64,000 nucleotides of DNA, taken from positions 193,504,001 through 193,568,000 of the forward strand of contig NC_086097.1 of assembly GCF_963921235.1 (NCBI RefSeq), read 5' to 3'. The stretch's first letter is position 1. Each line of letters begins with the position of its first letter. Below, piece after piece: positions 27,801 to 40,000 of this stretch. The notes below the pieces were generated by a model that was given only the letters and a program-made list of their open reading frames with translations, did no database searches and was not told the origin of the DNA. The stretch is from Mobula hypostoma (taxonomy: Eukaryota). The translations under genes and the position numbers were made by a program.

Positions 27801-28680
27801 ATTGAGTTTATTAATCATTACTGACTAAGCAGGGAAGCAAGGATTGTTCGAAGGGAGATCAAGAAGTGAACAAATCAGAAGCAGCAATAAGCATGGCTAC
27901 ACTCGGACTTGGACTTGGAACCTGGAAATCGGAGCTCAGGACCTGGACATGGAACTCGGGACCCGGACTTGAAACTTGGAACTCGGGACTTGGACATGGA
28001 ACTTGGAACTCGGGGTGCGGATTTGGAACTTGGAACTCGGAACCCTGACTTGGAACTCGAGACCCAGAATTGGACTTGGAACTTGGATCTCGAAACTTGG
28101 ATCTCGGGACCTGGTCTTGGAACCCGGAACAAGGAACTGGGAACTTAAACTTGGAACTTGGAACTTGGAACTTGGGACACGGACTTGGAACTCGGGACCC
28201 GGACTTGGAAATCGAAACCTGGACTTGGAACTCGGAACTTGTAACTCGGGACCCAGACCTGGAACTGGGTACATGGAACTCGGGACCCGGACTTGGAAAT
28301 CGGAACTTGGAATTCGGGACTCGACATGGAACTCAGTATTTGGAACTCGGGACCCAGACTTGGAACTCGGAACTTGGAATTTTGGACCCGACTTGGAACT
28401 CTGGTCATGGTCCTGGAACTCGAGACCCACACATGCAAATCAGAGCTTGGAACTTGGACCCGTACTTGGAACTCGGAACTTGGAACTTGGGACCCGGACC
28501 TCGAACTGGGAACATGGAACTTGGGACCTGGAAATGGAACTCGGGACCTGGACTTGGAAGTCAAAACTTGGAACTCGACCCAGATCTGGAACTGGGAATA
28601 TGGAATTCGGGACCCGGACATTGAACTCGGAACATGCAGCTGGGGACCAGAACATGGAACTCGGGACCCGGACATGGAAC
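24900..28680 (+). repeat. Monomer triplication, period ~1.47-1.49 kb
   Basis: Matching spacers start near 24935, 26407 and 27900 with shared rare words (CCACACATGCAAATCAGAGC, GACCTCGAACTGGG). Offsets are 1472 and 1493. Confidence 0.85.
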
Positions 28681-29359
28681 TCGGTACCTGGACATGGAAC
28701 TCAGAACTTGGAACTCGGGACCCGGACATGGAACTCGGAACATGGAACTCAGGACCCGGGCCTGGAACTGGGAACATGGAACTTGGGACCTGGAAATGGA
28801 ACTCAGGACCCAGACATGCAACTCAGAACTTGAAACTTTGGACCTGTACTTGGAACTCAGGACCCGGCCTTGGAACTCGGAACCCGGGCCTGGAACTGGG
28901 AACATGGAAATTGGGTCCTGGAAATGGAACTCAGACCCGGACTTGGAACTCGGAACTTGTAACTTGAGACCCGGACCTGGAAATGGGAACATGGACTTCG
29001 GGACCTGGACATGGAATGCAGAACATGGATCTCAGGATCGGGACTTGGAACTCGGGACCCAGACTTGGAACTCGGAACTTGGAACTCAGGACCCGGACCT
29101 GGAACTTGGAACGTGGAACTCCGGACCCTGGATACGGAACTCGGAATTTGGAAGTCGGGACCCGGACTTGGAACTTGGAACTGAGAACATCAGAGGTTAG
29201 ACTTGTAACTCGGAACATCAGAGCCTGTACTTTTCTTAGATACAGGAGATGGAAAACTGAGCTGGGCGTCCTCCTTTGGTACAGAACATAGAAACGGGTC
29301 TCTTCTTAGACACAGGACATGGGCTAACAACAAATTGACCTTTTGTAATTGCTGTAATT

Positions 29360-31418
29360 AACCATAGAAACCATAGAAACTACAGCACAGAAACAGGCCC
29401 TTTGGCCCTTCTTGGCTGTGCCGAACCATTTTCTGCCTGGTCCCACTGACCTGCACATGGACCATATCCCTCCACACACCTCCCATCCATGTATCTGTCC
29501 AATTTATTCTTAAATGTTAAAAAAGAACCCGCATTTACCACCTCGTCTGGCAGCTCATTCCATACTCCCACCACTCTCTGTGTGAAGAAGCCCCCCCCTA
29601 ATGTTCCCTTTAAACTTTTCCCCCCTCACCCTTAACCCATGTCCTCTGGTTTTTTTCTCCCCTTGCCTCAGTGGAAAAAGCCTGCTTGCATTCACTCTAT
29701 CTATACCCATCATAATTTTATATACCTCTATCAAATCTCCCCTCATTCTTCTATGCTCCAGGGAATAAAGTCCTAACCTATTCAACCTTTCTCTGTAACT
29801 GAGTTTCTCAAGTCCCGGCAACATCCTTGTAAACCTTCTCTGCACTCTTTCAACCTTATTTATATCCTTACTGTAATTTGGTGACCAAAACTGAACGCAA
29901 TACTCCAGATTCGGCCTCACCAATGCCTTATACAACCTCATCATAACATTCCAGCTCTTATACTCAATACTTTGATTAATAAAGGCCAATGTACCAAAAG
30001 CTCTCTTTACGACCCTATCTACCTGTGATGCCACTTTTAGGGAATTTTGTATCTGTATTCCCAGATCCCTCTGTTCCACTGCACTCCTCAGTGCCTTACC
30101 ATTAACCCTGTATGTTCTACCTTGGTTTGTCCTTCCAACGTGCAATACCTCACACTTGTCTGTATTAAACTCCATCTGCCATTTTTTAGCCCATTTTTCC
30201 AGCTGGTCCAAGTCCCTCTACAGGCTCTGAAAACCTTCCTCACTGTCTACCACACCTCCAATCTTTATATCATCAGCAAACTTGCTGATCCAATTTACCA
30301 CATTATCATCCAGATCATTGATATAGATGACAAATAACAATGGACCCAGCACTGATCCCTGTGGCACACCACTAGTCACAGGCCTCCACTCAGAGAAGCA
30401 ATTCTCTACCACCACTCTCTGGCTTCTTCCATCGAGCCAATGTCTAATCCAATTTACCACCTCTCTATGTATACCTAGCGACTGAATTTTCCTAACTAAC
30501 CTCCCATGCGGGACCTTGTCAAAGGCCTTACTGAAGTCCATGTAAACAATATCCACTGCCTTCCCTTCATCCACTTTCCTGGTAACCTCCTCGAAAAACT
30601 CCAACAGATTGGTCAAACATGACCTACCAAGCACAAAGCCATGTTGACTCTCCCTAATAAACCCCTGTCTATCCAAATGCTTGTAGATTCTGTCTCTTAG
30701 TACTCCCTCCAATAACTTACCTACTACTAACGTTAAACTCACCGGCCTATAATTTCCCGGATTACTTTTCGATCCTTTTTTAAACAACGGAACAACATGA
30801 GCCACTCTCCAATCCTCCGGCACTTCACCTGTAGACAGCGACATTTTAAATATTTCTGCCAGGGCCCCCGCAATTTCAACACTAGTCTCCTTCAAGGTCC
30901 GGGAACACTCTGTCAGGTCCCGGGGATTTATCCACTTTAATTTTCCTCAAGACAGCAAGCACCTCCTCCTTTTCAATCTGTATAGTTTCCATGGTCTCAC
31001 TACTTGATTCCCTCAATTCCATAGATTTCATGCCAGCTTCCTTAGTAAATACAGATGCAAAAAACCTATTTAAGATCTCCCCCATTTCCTTTGGTTCCGC
31101 ACAAAGCCGACCACTCTGATCTTCAAGAGGACCAATTTTATCCCTTACAATCCTTTTGCTCTTGATATACTTGTAAAAGCTCTTTGGATTATCCTTCACT
31201 TTGACTGCCAAGGCAACCTCATGTCTTCTTTTTGCCCTCCTGATTTCTTTCTTAAAGTATTTTCTTGCACTTCTTATACTCTTCAAACACCTGATTTACC
31301 CCCTGTTTCCTATACATTTCATAGAACTCCCTCTTCTTCTTTATCAGAGTTGCAATATCCCTTGAGAACCAAGGTTCCTTATTCCTATTCAATTTGCCTT
31401 TAATCCTGACAGGAACAT
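29360..31418 (-). mobile_element. 5'-truncated CR1-clade LINE inserted in a core
   Basis: Minus-strand ORF2 fragments carry CR1-type RT motifs (NYRPVSLT, DFSKAFDKV, GVPQGSVLGP, KFADD, RPNLEYCVQFWSP, TRGH). The 3' end reads GGGCCAAAGGGCCTGTTTCTGTGCTGTAG followed by a (TTTCTATGG)n tail. Core sequence resumes on both sides; no TSD, with a few bp of target lost. Confidence 0.95.
29380..31418 (-). pseudogene. Disrupted LINE ORF2 (reverse transcriptase and C-terminus; endonuclease absent)
   Basis: Four ORF pieces: 30882-31286, 30218-30895, 29555-30211, 29380-29574. There is a frameshift near 30900, an in-frame TAG at 30218-30220 and a frameshift in the C-run at ~29591-29598. Confidence 0.92.
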
Positions 31419-34404
31419 ATTTTTTCTGGAACTGATACCTTCGAACTTCAAGTCACTTTCTTGAATTCTGTGAGATGCATTCTGGACAGGATTCCAGTGG
31501 GGGATTCTGCCTAGCGAGAGTACGGGAAAGAGTGTTTGTGTCTGCTGGTTCCATGGTTTGCTAGATCGTTCTGTCACAAGTGTGGATCATGGGTGGACCT
31601 AAAGGCAGGACACAAATATGTTTTGTAACTTTAAAAAGAATTGAGTTTATTAATCATTACTGGGAAAGCTGGGAAGCAAGGATTGTTCAGAGGGAGATCA
31701 AGAAGTGAGCAAATCAGAAGCAGGTATAAGCATGGCTACACTCGGACTTGGACTTGGAACCTGGAACTCGGAGCTCGGGACCCAGACATGGAACTTGGGA
31801 CCCGGACTTGAAACTTGGAACTCGGGAGTTGGACATGGAACTTGGAATTCGAAGATGCGGATTTGGAACTTGGAACTCAGAACCCTGACTTGGAACTCGA
31901 GACCCGGAATTGGACTTGGAACTTGGATCTCGAAACTTGGATCTAGGGACCCAGTATTGGAACTCGGAACTAGGAACTGGGGACTCGAACTTGAACTTGG
32001 AACTTGGAACTCGGGACGCGGACTTGGAACTCTGGACCCAGGCTTGGAACTTGGGACCCGGACTTGGAACTCAGAATTTAGAACTCGGGACCCGGACTTG
32101 GAACAGAGAACTTGGAATTCGGGACCTAGACTAGGAACTCGGAACCTGGACTCGGAACTTGGAACTGGGAACTTGGCACTTGGAACTCGGAATCCGGACT
32201 GACTTTAAACTCGGAACTTGGAACTCGGTACCCGGACATGGAACTCAGAACTTGGAACTTGGGACCCGGACATGGAACTCAGAACATGGAACTCGGGAAC
32301 CAGACTTCGAACTCGGGACCCGGATTTGGAACATGGAATTCGGGACCCAGACTTGGAACTTGGAAGTCGAGACCCATACTTGGAACTCGGAACTCAAGAC
32401 CCGGATTTGGACTTGGAACTCGGAACTCGGGACCTGGACGTGGAATTTGGGAACTGGAACTTGGGATCTGGACTTGTACTCGGAACTTGGAACTCAGAAT
32501 TTGGTATTCGGGATCTGGACTTGGACCTCGGGACCCGGACCTGGAACTCGGATCTTGGAATTCGGGACCCTGGACTTGGAACTAGGAACTTGAAACTCGG
32601 GTCCAGAACTTGGAACTCGGAACTTGGAATTCAGAACCCGGTCCTGGAACTTGGAACGTGGAACTCGGGACTCCGGACTCGAACGTCGGACCCCGGACTT
32701 GGAACGTGGAACTGGGAACATCAGAGCCTGAACATGGAACTCAGAACAACAGAGGCGGGACTTGTAACTTGGAACATCAGAGCCTGTACTTTTCTTAGAC
32801 ACAGGAGATGAAAAACTGAGCTGAGCCTCCTCCTTTGGTACAGTATTTGTGTCTGCTGGCTCTATGTTTGGCTAGATCATTCTGTCACAAGTGCGGAGCA
32901 CATGTGGACCCAAAAGCAGGACACAACACATTTTGTAGCATTAACCAGAATAGAGTTTATTAATCGTTACTAGGAAAGCAGGGAAGCAAGGATTGTTCAG
33001 AGGGAGATCAAGGAATGAGCAACGCAGAAGCAGGAATAAGCGTGGCTAGACTCGGACTTGGATGTGGAACCTGGAACTCGGAACTCGGGACCCGTACATG
33101 GAACTCCGGACCCGGATTTGAAACTTGGAACTTGGGACCCGGACTTGGAACGCGGAACTTGGAACTCGGATGTTGGAACTCGGTAACCAGACTTCGTACT
33201 CGGAACTTGGAATTTGGGACCTGGAATTGGAACTCAGGACTCCGACTTGGAACTCAGGACCTGGACCTGGAACTTGGAGCTCAGGACCTGGGCCTGGAAC
33301 TTGGAACTGGGAACATCAGAGCCTGGACATAGAACTCAGAACATCAGAGGCTGGAATTGGAACTCGGAACATCAGAGCCTGTACTTTTATAGATACAGGA
33401 TTTGCAAAACTGATCTGGGCCTCCTCCTTTTGTGCAGAACATAGAGCCGGTACTCTTCTTAGACACAGTACATGGGCTAACAACAAATTGAACTTCTGTA
33501 ACTGTTTTAATTGCGCAATTTTTTTTTCTGAAACTGATATCTTCAAACTTTGAGCCACTTTCTTGAATTCTGTGAGATGCATTCTGGGCAGGATTCCTGT
33601 AGCTTATTCTGACTAGCGAGAGTTCGGGAAACTGTGTTTGTGTCTGCCAGTTCCATGTTTGGCTAGATTGTTTGTCAGAAGTGTGGAGCACTTGTGGACC
33701 CAAAAGCAGGACACAACACATTTTGTAGCATTAACCAGAATAGAGTTTATTAATCGTTACTAGGGAAGCAGGGAAGCAAGGATTGTTCAGAGGGAGATCA
33801 GGAGTGAGCAAAGCAGAAGCAGGATTAAGTGTGGCTAGAATTGGACTTGGACTTGGAACCTTGAATTCGGAACTCAGGACCCGGACTTCAAACTCGAGAC
33901 CAGGACTTGGAACTCGGAACCTGGACCTGAAACTGGGAACATGGAACTTGGGATTGGAAATGGAACTTGGGACCCGGACTTGGTACTCGGAACTTGGAAC
34001 TCGACCGGGACATGGAACTGGGAATATGGAACTCGGGACCCGGACATGTAACTCGGAACATGCAACTCAGGACCGGGACATGGAACTCAGAACATGGAAC
34101 TCAGGACCCGGGCCTGGAACTGGGAACATGGAACTTGGGACCTGGAAATGGAGCTACGCTCGGACTTGGACTTGGAACCTGGAACTCGGAGCTCAGGACC
34201 CAGACATGGAACTTGGGACCCGGACTTGAAACTTGGAACTCGGGACTTGGACATGGAACTTCGAACTCGGGATGCGGATTTGGAACTTGGAACTCGGGAC
34301 TTGGACATGGAACTTGGAACTCAGGATGCGGATTTGGAACTTGGAACTCGGAACCCTGGCTTGGAACTTGGAACCCTGACTTGGAACTCAAGACCCGGAA
34401 TTGG

Positions 34405-37045
34405 ACTAGGAACTTGGAACTCGGGTCCCGTACTTGGAACTCAGAACTTGGAACTCGGGACCCGGACCTGGAACTGGGAACATGGTACTTGGGACCCGGT
34501 CATGGAACTCAGAACATGCAACTCGGGACCGGGACATGGAACTTGGAACATAGAACTGGAAAACCGGACATGCAGCTCGGAACATGGAACTCGTGACCGG
34601 GACTTGGAACTCGGGACCTGGACTTGGAAATCGGAACGTGGAATTCGGGACCCGACATGCAACTCAGTATTTGGAACTCGGGACCCGGACCTGGAACTGG
34701 GAACATGGTACTTGGGACCTGGAAATGGAACTCGGGACCTGGACTTGGAACTCAGAACTTGGAACTCGACCTAGACCTGGAACTGGGAATATGGAACTCG
34801 GGAATGGACATGGAACTGGGGAACCTGACATGCAGCTCGGAACATGGAACTCGGGAACCGGAATTGGAACTCGGGACCCGGATTTATAACTCGGAACTTG
34901 GAGCAAAGGACCCAGACATGGAACTTGGAACTCGGGACCCGGAAATGGAAATTGGAAAATCAGTGCCTGGACTTGGAACTGAGAACTTCGGAGACTGGAA
35001 TTGGATCTCTGAAAATCAGAGCGTGCACATGGAACTCGCGACCCGGACTTGGAACTTGGGACCAGGACTTGGAACTCGGAAGTTGGAACTCGGGACCCAG
35101 ACTTGGTACTCGGGACCCAGACTTGCTACTTGGAACTTGGTATTCGGGACCCGGACTTGGAACTCTGGACACAGGCTTGGAACTTGGGACCCGGACTTGG
35201 AACTCAGAATTTAGAACTCGGGACCCAGACTTGGAACAGAGAACTTGGAATTCGGGACCTAGACTAGGAACTCGGAACCCGGACCCGGAACTTGGAACTG
35301 GGAACTTGGCACTTGGAACTCGAAATCCGGACTGACTTTAAACTTGGAACTTGGAACTCGGTACCTGGACATGGAACTCAGAACTTGGAACTCGGGACCC
35401 GGACATGGAACTTAGAACATGGAACTCGGGAACCGGACTTGGAACTCGGGACCCGGATTTAAAACTCGGAACTCGGGACCCAGACTTGGAACTTGGAAGT
35501 CGAGACCCATACTTGGAACTCAGAACTCAAGACCTGGATTTGGACTTAGTACTCAGAACTTGGGACCCGGACGTGGAATTTGGAAACTGGAACTCGGGAT
35601 CTGGACTTGTACTCGGAACTTGGAACTCAGAATTTGGTATTCAGGACCCGGACTTGGACCTTGGGACCTGGATTTGGGACTCAGAACTTGGAACTCAGGA
35701 CCTGGAAATTGGAACGTGGAATTCGGGACCACGGACATGGAACTAGGAACTTGGAACTCGGGTCCCGTACTTGGAACTCGGAACTTGGAACTCAGGACCC
35801 GGACCTGGAACTGGGAACATGGTACTTGGGACCCGGTCATGGAACTCAGAACATGCAACTCGGGACCGGGACATGGAACTCGGAACATAGAACTGGAAAA
35901 CCGGACATGCAGCTCGGAACATGGAACTCGTGACCGGGACTTGGAACTCGGGACCCGGACTTGGAAATCGGAACGTGGAATTCGGGACCCGACATGGAAC
36001 TCAGTATTTGGAACTCGGGACCCGGACTTGGAACTGGGAACATGGTACTTGGGACCTGGAAATGGAACTCGGGACCCGGACTTGGAACTCAGAACTTGGA
36101 ACTCGACCTAGACCTGGAACTGGGAATATAGAACTCGGGAACGGACATGGAACTGGGGAACCTGACATGCAGCTCGGAACATGGAACTCGGGAACCGGAA
36201 TTGGAACTCGGGACCCGGATTTATAACTCGGAACTTGGAGCAAAGGACCCAGACATGGAACTTGGAACTCGGGACCCGGAAATGGAAATTGGAAAATCAG
36301 TGCCTGGACTTGGAACTGAGAACTTCGGAGACTGGAATTGGATCTCTGAAAATCAGAGCGTGCACATGGAACTCGCGACCCGGACTTGGAACTTGGAACC
36401 AGGACTTGGAACTCGGAAGCTGGAACTCGGGACCCAGACTTGGTACTCGGGACCCAGACTTGGTACTCGGAACTTGGTATTCGGGACCCGGACTTGGAAC
36501 TCTGGACGCAGGCTTGGAACTTGGGACCCGGACTTGGAACTCAGAATTTAGAACTCGGGACCCGGACTTGGAACAGAGAACTTGGAATTCGGGACCTAGA
36601 CTAGGAACTCGGAACCCGGACTCGGAACTTGGAACTGGGAACTTGGCACTTGGAACTCGAAATCCGGACTGACTTTAAACTTGGTACTTGGAACTCGGTA
36701 CGTGGACATGGAACTCAGAACTTGGAACTCGGGACCCGGACATGGAACTCGGAACATGGAACTCGGGAACCGGACTTGGAACTCGGGACCCGGATTTAAA
36801 ACTCGGAACTCAGGACCCGGATTTGGAACATGGAACTCGGGACCCAGACTTGGAACTTGGAAGTCGAGACCCATACTTGGAACTCAGAACTCAAGACCCG
36901 GATTTGGACTTGGTACTCAGAACTTGGGACCTGGACGTGGAACTTGGAAACTGGAACTCGGGATCTGGACTTGTACTCGGAACTTGGAACTCAGGACCCG
37001 GACCTGGAAATTGGAACGTGGAATTCGGGACCATGGACATGGAAC
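34405..37045 (+). repeat. Intra-spacer tandem duplication, period 1337 bp (third related copy at ~39274-40610)
   Basis: ACTAGGAACTTGGAACTCGGGTCCCGTAC occurs at 34405, 35742 and ~39274. The rare words GGAGCAAAGGACCC and CTGAAAATCAGAGCGTGCAC repeat at offset 1337. Confidence 0.88.
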
Positions 37046-40000
37046 TCGGAACTTGGAAGTCGGTACCCGGACTTGGAAATTGGAACTGGGAACATCAGAG
37101 CCTGGACATGGAACTCAGAACAACAGAGGCTGGACTTGGAACTGGGAATATCAGAGCCTCTACTTTTCTTAGACACAGGAAATGGAAAACTGATCTGGGC
37201 CTCCACCTTTTGTACAGAACATAGAGCCTGGATTCCTCTTAGACACAGTATATGGGCTAACAACAAATTGACCTTCTGTAACTGTTGTAATTGCGCAATT
37301 TTTTTCCCTCTGAAACTGATACCTTCGAACTTCGAGCCACTTTCTTGAATTCTGTGAGATGCATTTGGGGCAAGATTCCAGTAGCGGATTCTGACTAGCG
37401 AGAGTTCGGGAAACAGTGTTTGTGTCTGCTGGTTCTATGTTTGTCTAGATCGTTCTGTTACAACTGCAGAACACAGGTGGACCCAAAAACAGGACACAAG
37501 CACTTTTTGTAGCATTAGCAATAATAGAGTTTATTAATCGTTACTAGGAAAGCAGGGAAGCAAGGATTTTTCAGAGGAAGATCAAGGAGTGAGCAAAGCA
37601 GAAGCAGGAATAAGTGTGACTAGACTCAGACTTGGACTTGGAACCTGGAACTCGGAACTCGGGACCTGGACATGGAACTTGGAACTCGGGACCTGGACTT
37701 GGAACCTGGAACTCGGACCTGGGCATGGAACTTGGAACTCGGGACCCAGACTTGGAACTCGGAACTTGTAACTCGAGACCCGGACCCGGAACTGGGAACA
37801 TAGACCTCGGGACCCGGACATGGAACGCAGAACATTGATCTCGGGATCAGGACTTGGAACTTGGGACCCGGACTTGGAACTCGGAACTTGGAACTCAGGA
37901 CCCGGACCTGGAACTTGGAACATGGAACTCGGGACCCCGGATACGGAACTTGGAACTTGAAAGTCGGGACTCGGACTTGGAACTTGGAACTGAGAACATC
38001 AGAGGCTAGACTTGTAACTCAGAACATCAGAGCCTGTACCTTTCTTAGACACAGTAGATGGAAAACTGAGCTGGGCGTCCTCCTTCGGTACAGAGCATAG
38101 AAACGGGTATCTTCTTAGACACAGGATATGGGCTAACAACAAATTGACCTTTTGTAACTGCTGAAATTACGCAATTTTTTTTCTGGAACTGATACCTTCG
38201 AACTTTGAGTCACTTTCTTGAATTCTGTGAGATGCATTCTGGGCAGGATTGCAGTGGGAGACTCTGACTAGCGAGGGTTCGGGAAACAGTGTTTGTATCT
38301 GTCGGTTCCATATTTGGCTAGATCGTTCTGTCACAAGTGCGGAGCAGGGGTGGACCTAAAGGCAGGACACAAATATGTTTTGTATCATTAAAAGGAGTTG
38401 AGCTTATTAATCATTACTGCGAAGGCAGGGAAGCAAGGATTGTTCAGAGGGAGATCAAGAAGTGAGCAAATCAGAAGCAGGAATAAGCGTGGCTACGCTT
38501 GGACTTGGACTTGGAACCTGGAACTCGGAGCTCAGGACCCAGACATGGAACTTGGGACCCGGACTTGAAACTTGGAACTCGGGACTTGGACATGGAACTT
38601 GGAACTCGGGATGCAGATTTGGAACTTGGAACTCGGGACTTGGACATGGAACTTGGAACTCTGGATGCGGATTTGGAACTTGAAACTCGGAACCCTGACT
38701 TGGAACTCGAGACCCGGAATTGGACTTGGAACTTGGATCTCGGGACCTGGTCTTGGAACTCAGAACTAGGAACAGGGGACTCGAACTTGAACTTGGAACT
38801 TGGAACTCGGGACCCGGACTTGGAACTCAGGACCTGGACTGGTAACTCGGAACTTGGAATCTGGGAACCCACTTAGAACTCCGGACCTGGTCTCGGAACT
38901 CGGAACTTGAAACTCGGGACCCAGACTTGGAACTCGGGAGCCAGACCTGGAACTCAGAACTTGGAACTTGGTACCTGGATTTGGAACTCGGAACTTGGAA
39001 TTTTGGGCCCGACTTGGAACTCGGGTCACGGTCCTGGAACTCGGGACCCGGACATGCAACTCAGAACTTGGAACTCGGGACCCGTATTTGGAACTCAGAA
39101 CTTGGAACTCGGGACCCGGACAAGGAACTCGAGACCCGGACCTGGAACTCAAGACCCGGACTTGGAAATCAGAACTTGGAATTCAGGACTTGACATGGAA
39201 CTCGGGACCCGGACATGTAACTCGGAAATTAGAACTCGGTACCCGGACTTGGAAATCGGAACCCAGACATGGAACTAGGAACTTGGAACTCGGGTCCCGT
39301 ACTTGGAACTCAGGACCCGGACCTGGAACTGGGAACATGGTACTTGGGACCCGGTCATGGAACTCAGAACATGCAACTCGGGACCGGGACATGGAACTCG
39401 GAACATAGAACTGGAAAACTGGACATGCAGCTCGGAACATGGAACTCGTGACCGGGACTTGGAACTCGGGACCCGGACTTGGAAATCGGAACGTGGAATT
39501 CGGGACCCGACATGGAACTCAGTATTTGGAACTCGGGGCCCGGACCTGGAACTGGGAACATGGTACTTGGGACCTGGAAATGGAACTCGGGACCCGGACT
39601 TGGAACTCGGAACTTGGAACTCGACCTAGACCTGGAACTGGGAATATGGAACTCGGGAACGGATGTGGAACTGGGGAACCTGACATGCAGCTCGGAACAT
39701 GGAACTCGGGAACCGGAATTGGAACTCGGGACCCGGATTTATAACTCGGAACTTGGAGCAAAGGACCCAGACATGGAACTTGGAACTCGGGACCCAGAAA
39801 TGGAAATTGGAAAATCAGTGCCTGGACTTGGAACTGAGAACTTCGGAGACTGGAATTGGATCTCTGAAAATCAGAGCGTGCACATGGAACTCGCGACCCG
39901 GACTTGGAACTTGGGACCAGGATTTGGAACTCGGAAGCTGGAACTCGGGACCCAGACTTGGTACTCGGAACTTGGTATTCGGGACCCGGACTTGGAACTC

